Shown here piece after piece: positions 1 through 7,379 of a stretch of 14,510 nucleotides of DNA. The DNA lies in NCBI GenBank assembly GCA_964413655.1, contig CAYPUQ010000119.1:1-14510 (forward strand), in the 5' to 3' direction. Numbering within the stretch: position 1 is the first letter of the stretch; every line of letters starts with the position of its first letter. Under the pieces are notes generated by a model that was not told the origin of the DNA, did no database searches, and was given only the letters and a program-made list of their open reading frames with translations. The stretch is from an uncultured Solibacteraceae bacterium (GTDB taxonomy: Bacteria > Acidobacteriota > Terriglobia > Bryobacterales > Bryobacteraceae). The position numbers were made by a program, and so were the translations under genes.

Positions 1-235
1 CCATGTGATGTATCAGCTTGACAATACAGTCTTCCAGCCAATGCGACTCGGCGTTCGTAAAGGGTTTTGGATCGCGCCCCTTCACTATCTTTCGCGCGGT
101 CGAAACATCTCCGCGTTCACTGCTCAGTTCCCCAAGTTTGTTCAGAACGGCCCGATCGACCGACAACGCCTTCGCGGCTCGCGGGCGGCGGTCCTTGCAG
201 CCGCGATTCCTTATGATCCCCGTACTGCCACTCAA
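1..235 (-). other. Possible 3'-truncated CDS running off the left edge (open minus-strand frame, candidate TTG/GTG starts). Peptide ...SVDRAVLNKLGELSSERGDVSTARKIVKGRDPKPFTNAESHWLEDCIVKLIHHM.. No recognisable family.
   Basis: Hand translation of the reverse complement of 1-240 gives a stop-free frame from a TAA at 236-238 to the window edge. The composition looks protein-like. There is no convincing RBS, and this region is visibly less GC-rich than the rest. The overlapping + ORF 5..319 looks less protein-like (Arg-rich, irregular). Confidence 0.2.
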
Positions 236-404
236 TTAAGAGTCAGGCAAAAATACGCCATTGCTGCAATCGGCTCGCGGCGGGCGTTGTCGTTTTTCAC
301 ATACCCCCACCCCGTATAGGATCCGTGTACCTCTCACGTACCAAATGGTGGCCGTTTCTGCCTTTCTCGCCGTTCTGTCGTTTATTGTTTTCAACAACTT
401 ACTG

Positions 405-446
405 AAACAAAAAAGGCGGAACACGGTCCTGTCCAGGCCGTGTCCC
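405..446 (-). terminator. Rho-independent terminator of the TonB-receptor-like gene.
   Basis: The minus-strand RNA reads GGGACACGGCCUGGACAGGACCGUGUUCC-GCC-UUUUUUGUUU. The GC-rich interrupted stem (plus 418-446) is followed by a U-run, seen on plus as aaacaaaaaa at 405-414. It lies 30 nt past the stop codon at 476-478. Confidence 0.6.
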
Positions 447-475
447 GCTTACGCCAAGGAGCGTTCAGGCGTGAA

Positions 476-3400
476 TCAAAAATCGATGCGGATGCCGAAC
501 TGCATCACGCGGGCGCTGCCGATGGTGCCCTGGTACTGGCCGAAACTGGCCCGGCCGGCGCCGAGGTCGAGCGAAATGTTGTCCGGATCGAAGCGCACCG
601 AATTGGTCGCATTGAAGATCTCCCAACGGAACTGGAGAGTCCGGTTCTCGCTGCCAAGATAGAAATTCTTGGCCAGCCCGAGATCGATATTGAAGGCGCC
701 GTCGCCGCGCAAGTTGGTCCGGTCGCCCGATTCGCCCGGATGCGTGTAGTCGAAAGCTTCAATCGCCGTGATCGGATTGGGGAACAGATTCGGTCCGCTT
801 CCGCCGCCCGCCAGCCCCGCGTTCTTATTGGTGCCGGTTGTGACGGGGCTGAACTGCGTCGCGAAGCCCGTCAGGTTCCAGTTCGTGGGCCAGAACCTTC
901 CGTTACCCACCGAAGTCGGAAAGCCCGACGTCTGGCGCCACAGACCGCTGAGCTGCCACCCACCAATGAAGGCGTTCAGCACCGAGTTTGCCGAATTCCC
1001 CAATGCTCTGCCGCGGCCGAACGGAAGACCAACCACGCCGCTGGCGTTGAAGGAGTGCAGCGTGTCGTAGTCGGAAACCGAACGCCGCTGCCGACGGTTC
1101 CACGGGTTGATGCTGACGCCGAACGTATCGCGCTCGGGCGCCGACGAATCGTCGATCGACTTGCTCAGCGTATAGTTCAGGTCGAACATGTCGCCTCGGG
1201 AGAAGCGCTTGCGCAAGGTCCATTGCATCGCGTTGTAGTTGCCGAAGCCGACCGACCGCAGCGCCCGCAGATAGGAATACTGCCGGTTATAAAACGCATG
1301 CGGCCCCAGCTTGCTGCACGTGCGGGTCGCCGTGGGACAGGCCACGTCGAGCAGATACAGCGCGTAAGTGTAGTCCGGTGTCAGGCCCTCGTAGAACGTA
1401 TACGCCGTCTGGGTGGCCGTCCGAGTAGCCGTGGCCAGCCCAGGATACATGTTTTCCCAAAAAGCATTCGGCTGCACTTGGGAGATTGGCGTGCCGGCAC
1501 GCTCGTGATAGGTCAGATACTTGGCCGCCGAAAAATAGTCGATCCCCGACGCTGGATCGACCAGGTTGGTGGGCGTGGCGAGATCCTCGCTCAATAGCGA
1601 CCGCCGCGAGAAGCGCCCGACGTACGACCCCTGGACAAACCAGCCCCCGGAGAACTCGCGCGAAACGGTGAGGTTCATGTTCATCGTGTAGGGCGGCCGC
1701 AACGAATCGTCCAGACTGTTCGTGATCTGGAAGATGTCCGGCTGCAACTGCGGGAAGCCGCCAGCCGGAGCCGGCGTGACCAACTGTTGCGGAACCGCCG
1801 TGAATCCCTGGTACCGCGGCGCGTCGGGCAGCCCGAGGACAAACGACGGGTTCGCGATGTCGGTCGAGAGGCCCAGCGCCGAGGCGTCATAGTTCGTGAT
1901 CAGCCCCGAACCCATAAGGTCGTAGAACATGCCCCATCCGGCGCGGATGGCCGTCCGGCCCGGACCGCCAAAAAGGAAGCGCGACAACCCACTGCCTCCC
2001 TGCGGCGAGTAAGCGAGCGACAACCGGGGCGCGAAGTTCTTCTTATGGAATGGGTACAACGAGCGCCCTCCCTCCATGTCGCGGAGAACGTACTCTACCG
2101 GCCGGACGACGTCCTGGCTAATGCCGGCGTTGGCGAAAGCCGTCCGGTCGTTGAACCACTCGTTCAGCGGCTGAATCGAATTGGTCTGAAACCCATTGGA
2201 CTCATAGATGGGCGGCATAAGCGACCAGCGCAGCCCCGCCGTTAGCGTCAACGATCGCGTCATCCGGAAGTTATCCTGCACGTACAGCTCGTACTCATTT
2301 CCGGTGAAGTCGCGAACCTTCGGGGTTCCGATGCCCTGAACCGAACCGTCCAACAGGTAGTTGTACCGGGAGTTGACTTGGCTTACCACGCCCAGGACGG
2401 CCATCGAAGCATCTCGCCACGCCGTGCGGAACGTCGCGGCCACATCCGGAACGGCGGCGTCGAGCTGGCTGCCGCTACCGACTAACCACGAGGAGTTCGT
2501 CGAGCCGGTCAGGAACGAGTTGGCGTAGTCGATCCGGTTGTTGCTGATATGACGCGACACGTAACCGAACGACAAGGTGTGTTTGGACTTGGTCCAGACC
2601 ATGTCGTTGCTGATGTTGTGCAGGGGCGTCAGGCGGATGAACGGCCGGGTTGTCCCCTGAACGTTGTCCAGTCCGCGGAAGGCGATGAAATTTTGCAGAA
2701 ACACACCGGTATTCTCGATGCCCTGCCGCGTGAAGCCGTAACGAAAATTATTCACCAGCGTGGGCGACAGCACCGACGTGTAACCGACGGCAAGGCCCTT
2801 GCTGTTATCCAGCCGCGTGTTGTTCGGCGACTGGCCGGGAAACTGCGGCGCCCAGGTATTAGACGACACGGTGTCGTTGTCGTTCTGGAGATTACCCCGG
2901 AAGAACAGGTTGTGCTTGCCCTGGCTGTCGATCAGATAGTCCCAGCGGGTGATATAGGTGTTGAAGCGAAGCGAGGTCGGAGCGTTGAACCGGAAGCCGA
3001 CCATGTTCAGCGTATCGCCCTGGGTCAGGTCGTTCGGCATAGGGTACTGCTGCATCACCTGCAGGGCGGCTTGACTGGGACCGATCCCAAGCGGGTCGCC
3101 CCGTTCCCGCAACTCCTGCGGGGTTACCGTCCCGATGCTTCCATTCGTCCTGAAGTAACGCAGGGTTCCCTGCCGCATTTCGGCCGATGGCACCGTCCGC
3201 AGCACCGAGACTTCGGAGCGGTCCTGGCGGCCTTCGTAGTTTCCGAAAAAGAACAGCTTGTTCTTGATCACGGGACCGCCAAGGCTGGCGCCGTAAACGT
3301 TGCGGTTGAGTTTCGGCACCGGCAGTACCGCGCTGCCGTCCGGTTCCCGGCCGGCCTTGTTGTTGAAAAACTCGTTAGCGTTGAAGTAACGGTTCCGGAC

Positions 3401-4162
3401 AAACCAGTACGCCGAGCCGTGAATCTCATTGGTGCCGCTCTTTGTCACCAGCGCGACCTGCGCGCCGGAACTGCGGCCCTGGTCGGCGTTGGCGTTCGTC
3501 GTCGTCACGCGGAACTCCTGGACCGAGTCCAGCGTCACTCGCAAGACGCTGGTGAACGCCGACCGGCCCTGCTGGTCGTTGACGTCCACACCGTCGAGCG
3601 TCACGTTCGCCTGATCGCTCTTTCCGCCGTTCACCGAACCGCTCCGGTAATCGCTGATCGATCCGTTATAGGTCACGCCGGGCTGAAGCGTCAGCAGTCC
3701 CACCACGTTCCGCCCCTCGAACGGCATCTGGAGAATTGGCTTCGTGGAGAAGGCGTTACCGAGAGTGGCGTCGGTGGTATTCACCTGCACCGCCTCGGCC
3801 GCCACCGAGATGGTTTCCGCCACCGCGCCCACTTTTTCGAAGGTGATGTTCACGGTGGCCGGATTGTTCACTAACAGCCGGACGTCATTCACGATGACGT
3901 CGGTGAATCCGGCCGCTTTCGCCAGGATCTGGTACAGACCAGACTGAACCTGCGAGAACGTGTAGTTGCCCGAGGAATCGGACATCGTCTCGCGGGAACC
4001 CTGGGTTTCGACGTTTCTTAAAGTCAGTTCCGCTCCGGGCACCACGGCCCCGGTCGGATCGCTGACGGTTCCGGTAAGAGACGTCAGACCCTGTGCGAAC
4101 AGGCCCGACGCGGTGGTGAGAGACAAAGACAGTGTGAGCGCGGTTGCGCGTAAGCGTACCAT
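476..4162 (-). CDS. TonB-dependent receptor-like outer-membrane beta-barrel protein with an N-terminal carboxypeptidase-regulatory-like (CarboxypepD_reg) domain, 1228 aa.
   Basis: ATG at 4160-4162. N-terminal signal peptide (MVRLRATALTLSLSLTTASGLFAQ). It is followed by a Cna-B/CarboxypepD_reg-like segment (TGTVSDPTGAVVPGAELTLRNVETQ...SGNYTF), then plug-like and long Gly/Asn/Ser/Tyr-rich barrel sequence. The C-terminal residue is Phe (..FGIRIDF), typical of OMPs. TGA stop at 476-478. Confidence 0.85.
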   Translation of the reverse strand: MVRLRATALTLSLSLTTASGLFAQGLTSLTGTVSDPTGAVVPGAELTLRNVETQGSRETMSDSSGNYTFSQVQSGLYQILAKAAGFTDVIVNDVRLLVNNPATVNITFEKVGAVAETISVAAEAVQVNTTDATLGNAFSTKPILQMPFEGRNVVGLLTLQPGVTYNGSISDYRSGSVNGGKSDQANVTLDGVDVNDQQGRSAFTSVLRVTLDSVQEFRVTTTNANADQGRSSGAQVALVTKSGTNEIHGSAYWFVRNRYFNANEFFNNKAGREPDGSAVLPVPKLNRNVYGASLGGPVIKNKLFFFGNYEGRQDRSEVSVLRTVPSAEMRQGTLRYFRTNGSIGTVTPQELRERGDPLGIGPSQAALQVMQQYPMPNDLTQGDTLNMVGFRFNAPTSLRFNTYITRWDYLIDSQGKHNLFFRGNLQNDNDTVSSNTWAPQFPGQSPNNTRLDNSKGLAVGYTSVLSPTLVNNFRYGFTRQGIENTGVFLQNFIAFRGLDNVQGTTRPFIRLTPLHNISNDMVWTKSKHTLSFGYVSRHISNNRIDYANSFLTGSTNSSWLVGSGSQLDAAVPDVAATFRTAWRDASMAVLGVVSQVNSRYNYLLDGSVQGIGTPKVRDFTGNEYELYVQDNFRMTRSLTLTAGLRWSLMPPIYESNGFQTNSIQPLNEWFNDRTAFANAGISQDVVRPVEYVLRDMEGGRSLYPFHKKNFAPRLSLAYSPQGGSGLSRFLFGGPGRTAIRAGWGMFYDLMGSGLITNYDASALGLSTDIANPSFVLGLPDAPRYQGFTAVPQQLVTPAPAGGFPQLQPDIFQITNSLDDSLRPPYTMNMNLTVSREFSGGWFVQGSYVGRFSRRSLLSEDLATPTNLVDPASGIDYFSAAKYLTYHERAGTPISQVQPNAFWENMYPGLATATRTATQTAYTFYEGLTPDYTYALYLLDVACPTATRTCSKLGPHAFYNRQYSYLRALRSVGFGNYNAMQWTLRKRFSRGDMFDLNYTLSKSIDDSSAPERDTFGVSINPWNRRQRRSVSDYDTLHSFNASGVVGLPFGRGRALGNSANSVLNAFIGGWQLSGLWRQTSGFPTSVGNGRFWPTNWNLTGFATQFSPVTTGTNKNAGLAGGGSGPNLFPNPITAIEAFDYTHPGESGDRTNLRGDGAFNIDLGLAKNFYLGSENRTLQFRWEIFNATNSVRFDPDNISLDLGAGRASFGQYQGTIGSARVMQFGIRIDF

Positions 4163-4232
4163 CCGTTTAACCCTTTCCCACTTCTATTCCTACGAGCCCT
4201 TTCCCTAAGCCCGCAGTTTTCTTAATAGTGGT

Positions 4233-4261
4233 GTTGTAACAGAAACGTGGTGCAAGGTCAA
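4233..4261 (-). promoter_or_regulatory. Candidate sigma70-like promoter for the TonB-receptor-like gene (TTGACC-17 nt-TACAAC on the minus strand).
   Basis: Minus-strand read: cgaTTGACCttgcaccacgtttctgtTACAACacc. The -35 is plus 4256-4261 (ggtcaa) and the -10 is plus 4233-4238 (gttgta), with a 17-nt spacer. It sits about 70 nt upstream of the ATG at 4162. Promoter consensus for this lineage is not established, so this is tentative. Confidence 0.2.
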
Positions 4262-4323
4262 TCGAAAATTTCTACCGCAGCTATCAGCCGCCAACCCTGC
4301 GACTTAAGCTATTGAAAACAGGG

Positions 4324-5247
4324 CTATGGCTGCCGGTAGAATTCGGTGGCTTCGCGCAGCACGTCCTGGCGGCCGGACCAGCGTTTCATCACCAGCCGAC
4401 CACGCAGCGTGTACTCGCGGCCGGGTTCGGCGCCGGGCATCAGCCACTGGAAGTCCCAGGCGGGATTGGTGTCCGTGCTGTCGGTCGTGACCCCTCCACC
4501 GGAGGGCGAGTGCGCGAAACGGATGGTTTGGCTGCGCTCGAAAAAGAAGATCAGGACGTAGTCCCGCCAGCGGCCATAGTAGAAGGGCTCGGCGTAGCGG
4601 AGCGGCGAGAGGTTATTCCACAACGCCGGCGGACCGGGCCGCAAGTCGAAACGCCCGGCCTCGGACGCCGCCGGGACGCTGCTGTCGTGGTTGTGCCGCT
4701 GGGTCACCAATTGAACCCAGCGCGGCTTCTCAATTGTGCTGCCGGCGTCAAGAAAGTAGATGCCCTTGTTCTCCGGCGCGTTCAGATAGGAGGCCCAGAA
4801 CACCCCGAGAAAACCGCCTTCCAGAGGCCGGTGCGGCTTACAGCGGAAGGTGAAATCGACGGCACTGGACTCGCGCGCTTCAAACCGCGTCCAGCTTTCG
4901 ACCCCGAAGTGCGCGGTCGCCTCCTGGTAGAGTTCCGCCGCCGCCGGACCCAGCGAGCGAACCATCATCGGCGCCCGGCGCGGCTCGAACAGGATACGCG
5001 GATCCTCGCTGGCCGGACGGGCATCGAAGTAGTGCTCGAGGTTCCAACCGGCGAACAGCGGCACGAATGGTGATTCGGAGCCCTCGATGCGCACTTCGGC
5101 CAATCCGTTGTAGCCGCTCCGGCGCGGACTGGCGGCCTCGTTTCCGGCCACGACCGCCGAGAGGGCACCAGCGCGGATCTCCACCTGCGGCGGCCCCTGG
5201 CCATTGAGTGCCGCCGTGGCGATCAAGCACAGGGTGAGCCTTCGCAT
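4324..5247 (-). CDS. Secreted hypothetical protein, 307 aa, unknown family.
   Basis: Internal ATG at 5245-5247 (M107 of track ORF 4324..5565) starts a classic signal peptide, MRRLTLCLIATAALNGQGPP. Upstream of that Met the ORF overlaps pyrF on the same strand and is Arg/Pro-rich nonsense. TAG stop at 4324-4326. It lies 5 nt downstream of the pyrF stop, so translational coupling is likely and the RBS is weak. Confidence 0.6.
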   Translation of the reverse strand: MRRLTLCLIATAALNGQGPPQVEIRAGALSAVVAGNEAASPRRSGYNGLAEVRIEGSESPFVPLFAGWNLEHYFDARPASEDPRILFEPRRAPMMVRSLGPAAAELYQEATAHFGVESWTRFEARESSAVDFTFRCKPHRPLEGGFLGVFWASYLNAPENKGIYFLDAGSTIEKPRWVQLVTQRHNHDSSVPAASEAGRFDLRPGPPALWNNLSPLRYAEPFYYGRWRDYVLIFFFERSQTIRFAHSPSGGGVTTDSTDTNPAWDFQWLMPGAEPGREYTLRGRLVMKRWSGRQDVLREATEFYRQP

Positions 5248-5252
5248 CGGTG

Positions 5253-5945
5253 TTAGGAGCGCGGAGCGCCCGCGATCTCGTCGAGGATGCGTTCGATCTC
5301 GGCGGCCGGCGATTCGGCGCGCGTGACCTGCCGTCCGATCACCAGGTAGTTGGCTCCGCTCGCGATTGCCTCCGCCGGGGTGGCGACGCGCTTCTGGTCT
5401 CCCTTGCCCGCTCCGGCGGAACGTACGCCGGGCGTGACGAGGACGCATTCGGGTCCGGCGAGGGCGCGTACCGACTGCACTTCGAGCGGCGAGCAGACAA
5501 TGCCATCGACACCGGATTCGCGAGCCTTGCGCACCCGCAGTGCCACCAAGCTGCCGACCTCGCATGGGTAACCGAGGTCGCGGAGGTCGTCCTGATCGAA
5601 GCTCGTTAAGACCGTAACGGCCAGGAGTTGGAGTTCGGAACCGCCGCGGCCCTCGACGGCGGCGCGCATCACGGCGCCGCTGCCGTGGACGGTGAGAAAC
5701 CGGACGCCCGAGTCCGCGACCCGCCGGACCGCCCGTTTTACGGTTTCGGGGATGTCGTAGAACTTCATGTCAAGAAAGACCTGCTTGCCGCCGGCGATGA
5801 GTTCGCGGACGAATTCCATACCGGCGGCTGCGTACAGTTCCATCCCGACCTTGTAGAACGATGCCGCCGGTCCGATGGTCTGCACGAGCGCGCGAGCTTC
5901 GGCGGCGGAAGGAACGTCGAGCGCGATGATCAGCCGGTTGGTCAT
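5253..5945 (-). CDS. pyrF: Orotidine 5'-phosphate decarboxylase.
   Basis: From the internal ATG at 5943-5945 (M62 of track ORF 5253..6128): MTNRLIIALDVPS...FLDMKFYDIPETV (D-x-K-x-x-D motif) ...TPGVR...VIGR. Length about 230 aa. TAA stop at 5253-5255. The start overlaps the selD stop in an ATGA configuration (5942-5945). Confidence 0.9.
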   Translation of the reverse strand: MTNRLIIALDVPSAAEARALVQTIGPAASFYKVGMELYAAAGMEFVRELIAGGKQVFLDMKFYDIPETVKRAVRRVADSGVRFLTVHGSGAVMRAAVEGRGGSELQLLAVTVLTSFDQDDLRDLGYPCEVGSLVALRVRKARESGVDGIVCSPLEVQSVRALAGPECVLVTPGVRSAGAGKGDQKRVATPAEAIASGANYLVIGRQVTRAESPAAEIERILDEIAGAPRS

Positions 5946-6964
5946 ATCAGGATGATAGGCTTCTCGCCGGGCGGCCGGACGACGCCGATGGCGAAAGCCG
6001 CCGGGAACCGGCCCAGGAATTCGGCGGCGGACTCGGGCCGCATGGAAATCAGCAGCCCACCCGAGGTCTGAGGATCGTAGATCAGTTCCGCCACGGCGGG
6101 CGTGGGCGGCGATTCCACTTTGACGCACGGGCCCGCGAAATCGCGATTGTTCCGCAGGCCGCCCGGAATCGCCCCCGCTTCGGCGAGGCGCTCGGCGCCG
6201 GGCAGGAAACGGAGCGCGGCGGTCTGGATTTTGAGCGTTACGCCGCTGCCCAGGGCCATTTCGCGGGCGTGGCCAATGAGACCAAACCCGGTGACGTCGG
6301 TACAGCCGTGCGCATCGAGCCCTTCAAGCGCCTCGGCCGCGGACTTGTTCAGCGTCAACATGGATGCCACCGACGCGGCAACCTCCTCTTCCGTGGCCAG
6401 ACCACGCTTCAATCCGGTGGAAATGATGCCGGTCCCAAGCGGCTTGGTGAGCACGAGCGTATCACCGGGACGGGCGCCCGAGTTTGGCAGGAATCGCTCC
6501 GGATGCACCGTGCCCGTCACGGCATAACCAAACTTGATCTCGTCGTCCGAGACGCTGTGGCCGCCGAGGATAGCGCAACCGGCCTCACGCATCTTCTCGG
6601 CCCCGCCCCGCAGGATCTGCCGGAGGGTTTCGATATCTCCCTTGTTCGGGTAGCACACGAGCGAGAGGGCCGTGAGCGGCCGGCCGCCCATCGCATATAC
6701 GTCGCTCAGCGAGTTCGCCGCCGCGATCGCGCCGTAAGTGAATGGGTCGTCGACGATCGGAGTGAAAAAGTCGGTGGTCTGGACGAGGGCACACTCCGGG
6801 TTCAGCCGGTAGACACCGGCGTCGTCCGACGTATTAAAGCCGACCAGCACGTTCGGGTCGGCCGGACCGGCAAGCCCGTCCAAGACTTGGTCCAAGACCT
6901 TTGGACTCAGCTTGGAGGCTCAACCGGCGGCCTTCACGTGGGCCGTGAGTCTCTCCACGGACAT
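5942..6964 (-). CDS. selD: Selenide, water dikinase (selenophosphate synthetase) with an in-frame UGA at 6920-6922 read as selenocysteine.
   Basis: Track ORF 5942..6895 (TTG 'start') matches SelD from VDPNLLVG onward: VGFNTSDDAGVYRL, TTDFFTPIVDDPFTYG, GGHSV, DVTGFGLIGH. Track ORF 6920..7114 ends ..MSVERLTAHVKAAG at the TGA. Reading through gives MSVERLTAHVKAAG-U-ASKLSPKVLDQVL, which aligns to E. coli [30 protein letters not shown] with U at the essential Cys17. ATG at 6962-6964, TGA stop at 5942-5944, about 340 aa. Confidence 0.8.
6890..6906 (-). promoter_or_regulatory. Candidate bacterial SECIS hairpin downstream of the selD UGA.
   Basis: mRNA: UGA-GCCUCCAAGCUGA-GUCCAA-AGGUC-UUGGAC. This gives a 6-bp stem with a 5-nt loop containing GGU. 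The stem starts 13 nt after the UGA. The region also holds a near-perfect 12-nt tandem repeat (plus 6878-6889 gtccaagacttg and 6890-6901 gtccaagacctt), which could support alternative or extended pairings. Confidence 0.35.
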
Positions 6965-7025
6965 CAGATCCAGTGTAGCGTTGAAGGAATGGAGGCACGG
7001 ACATTTGGATAGGTACCTCGCCGTC

Positions 7026-7379
7026 ATGGCTGGGGCGGCGGCCGGCGGTCTGGCGCGGTACGTCATTGGACTGGCGGTGATGCAGCGCTTCGGTGGGCGG
7101 TTTCCGCTGGGCACGCTTGTGGTAAACGTGAGCGGATGCTTCCTGATCGGTGTCGTCGTAACGGTATTGGCCGAACGGTTGGACCTCCACCCGAACTGGC
7201 GCCTGCTGCTCGTGGTTGGAATCCTCGGCGGCTACACGACGTTTTCCAGCTTCGGCTACGAGACCTACCAAGCAGTTCGCGGCGGCGCCGCATGGGTGGG
7301 CTTGGCCAACGTTGTGGCGAGCGTCGTGCTAGGGTATGTGGCGGTGTGGCTGGGCATCGTGCTGACGGCCCGGCGATGA
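7026..7379 (+). CDS. crcB: Fluoride ion channel/exporter CrcB (FluC).
   Basis: ATG at 7026. MAGAAAGGLARYVIGLAV...GTLVVNVSGCFLIGVV...GGYTTFSSFGYE is the conserved CrcB signature (GG-TTFS-F). About 117 aa with 4 TM segments. TGA stop at 7377-7379. An alternative in-frame TTG at 7005 is possible. The start of track ORF 6912 would overlap the selD N-terminus and is rejected. Confidence 0.85.
   Translation: MAGAAAGGLARYVIGLAVMQRFGGRFPLGTLVVNVSGCFLIGVVVTVLAERLDLHPNWRLLLVVGILGGYTTFSSFGYETYQAVRGGAAWVGLANVVASVVLGYVAVWLGIVLTARR

Noticed and set aside
2549-3874. 441-aa + strand ORF, and similarly 440..1597 (+, 385 aa) and 1787..2245 (+).
   Set aside because: They lie antisense to the TonB-receptor-like gene. 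The peptides are Arg/Val/His-rich with no signal peptide, start or RBS, and are typical high-GC shadow ORFs.
4312-5073. 253-aa + ORF.
   Set aside because: It lies antisense to the secreted hypothetical gene and is Arg/Gly/Pro-rich with no motifs.
5253-6128. The track's 291-aa version of pyrF and the 413-aa version of the downstream hypothetical (4324..5565).
   Set aside because: These are N-terminal over-extensions across the upstream gene on the same strand (Arg/Pro-rich, non-homologous). The internal ATGs at 5945 and 5247 give the conserved PyrF N-terminus and a signal peptide respectively.
6269-7012. 247-aa + ORF, and 6102..6527 (+).
   Set aside because: They lie antisense to selD. The selD frame carries strong family motifs and these do not.
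6965-7025. Fluoride riboswitch (crcB motif) expected upstream of crcB.
   Set aside because: Only fragments (AUGGAGG ... GGUACCUC) resemble the consensus (GGCGAUGGAGUUCGCC...CUGAUGAYUCCUAC). The 61-nt spacer is too short and lacks the P1/P2 helices. It is not called. A covariance-model search would settle it.
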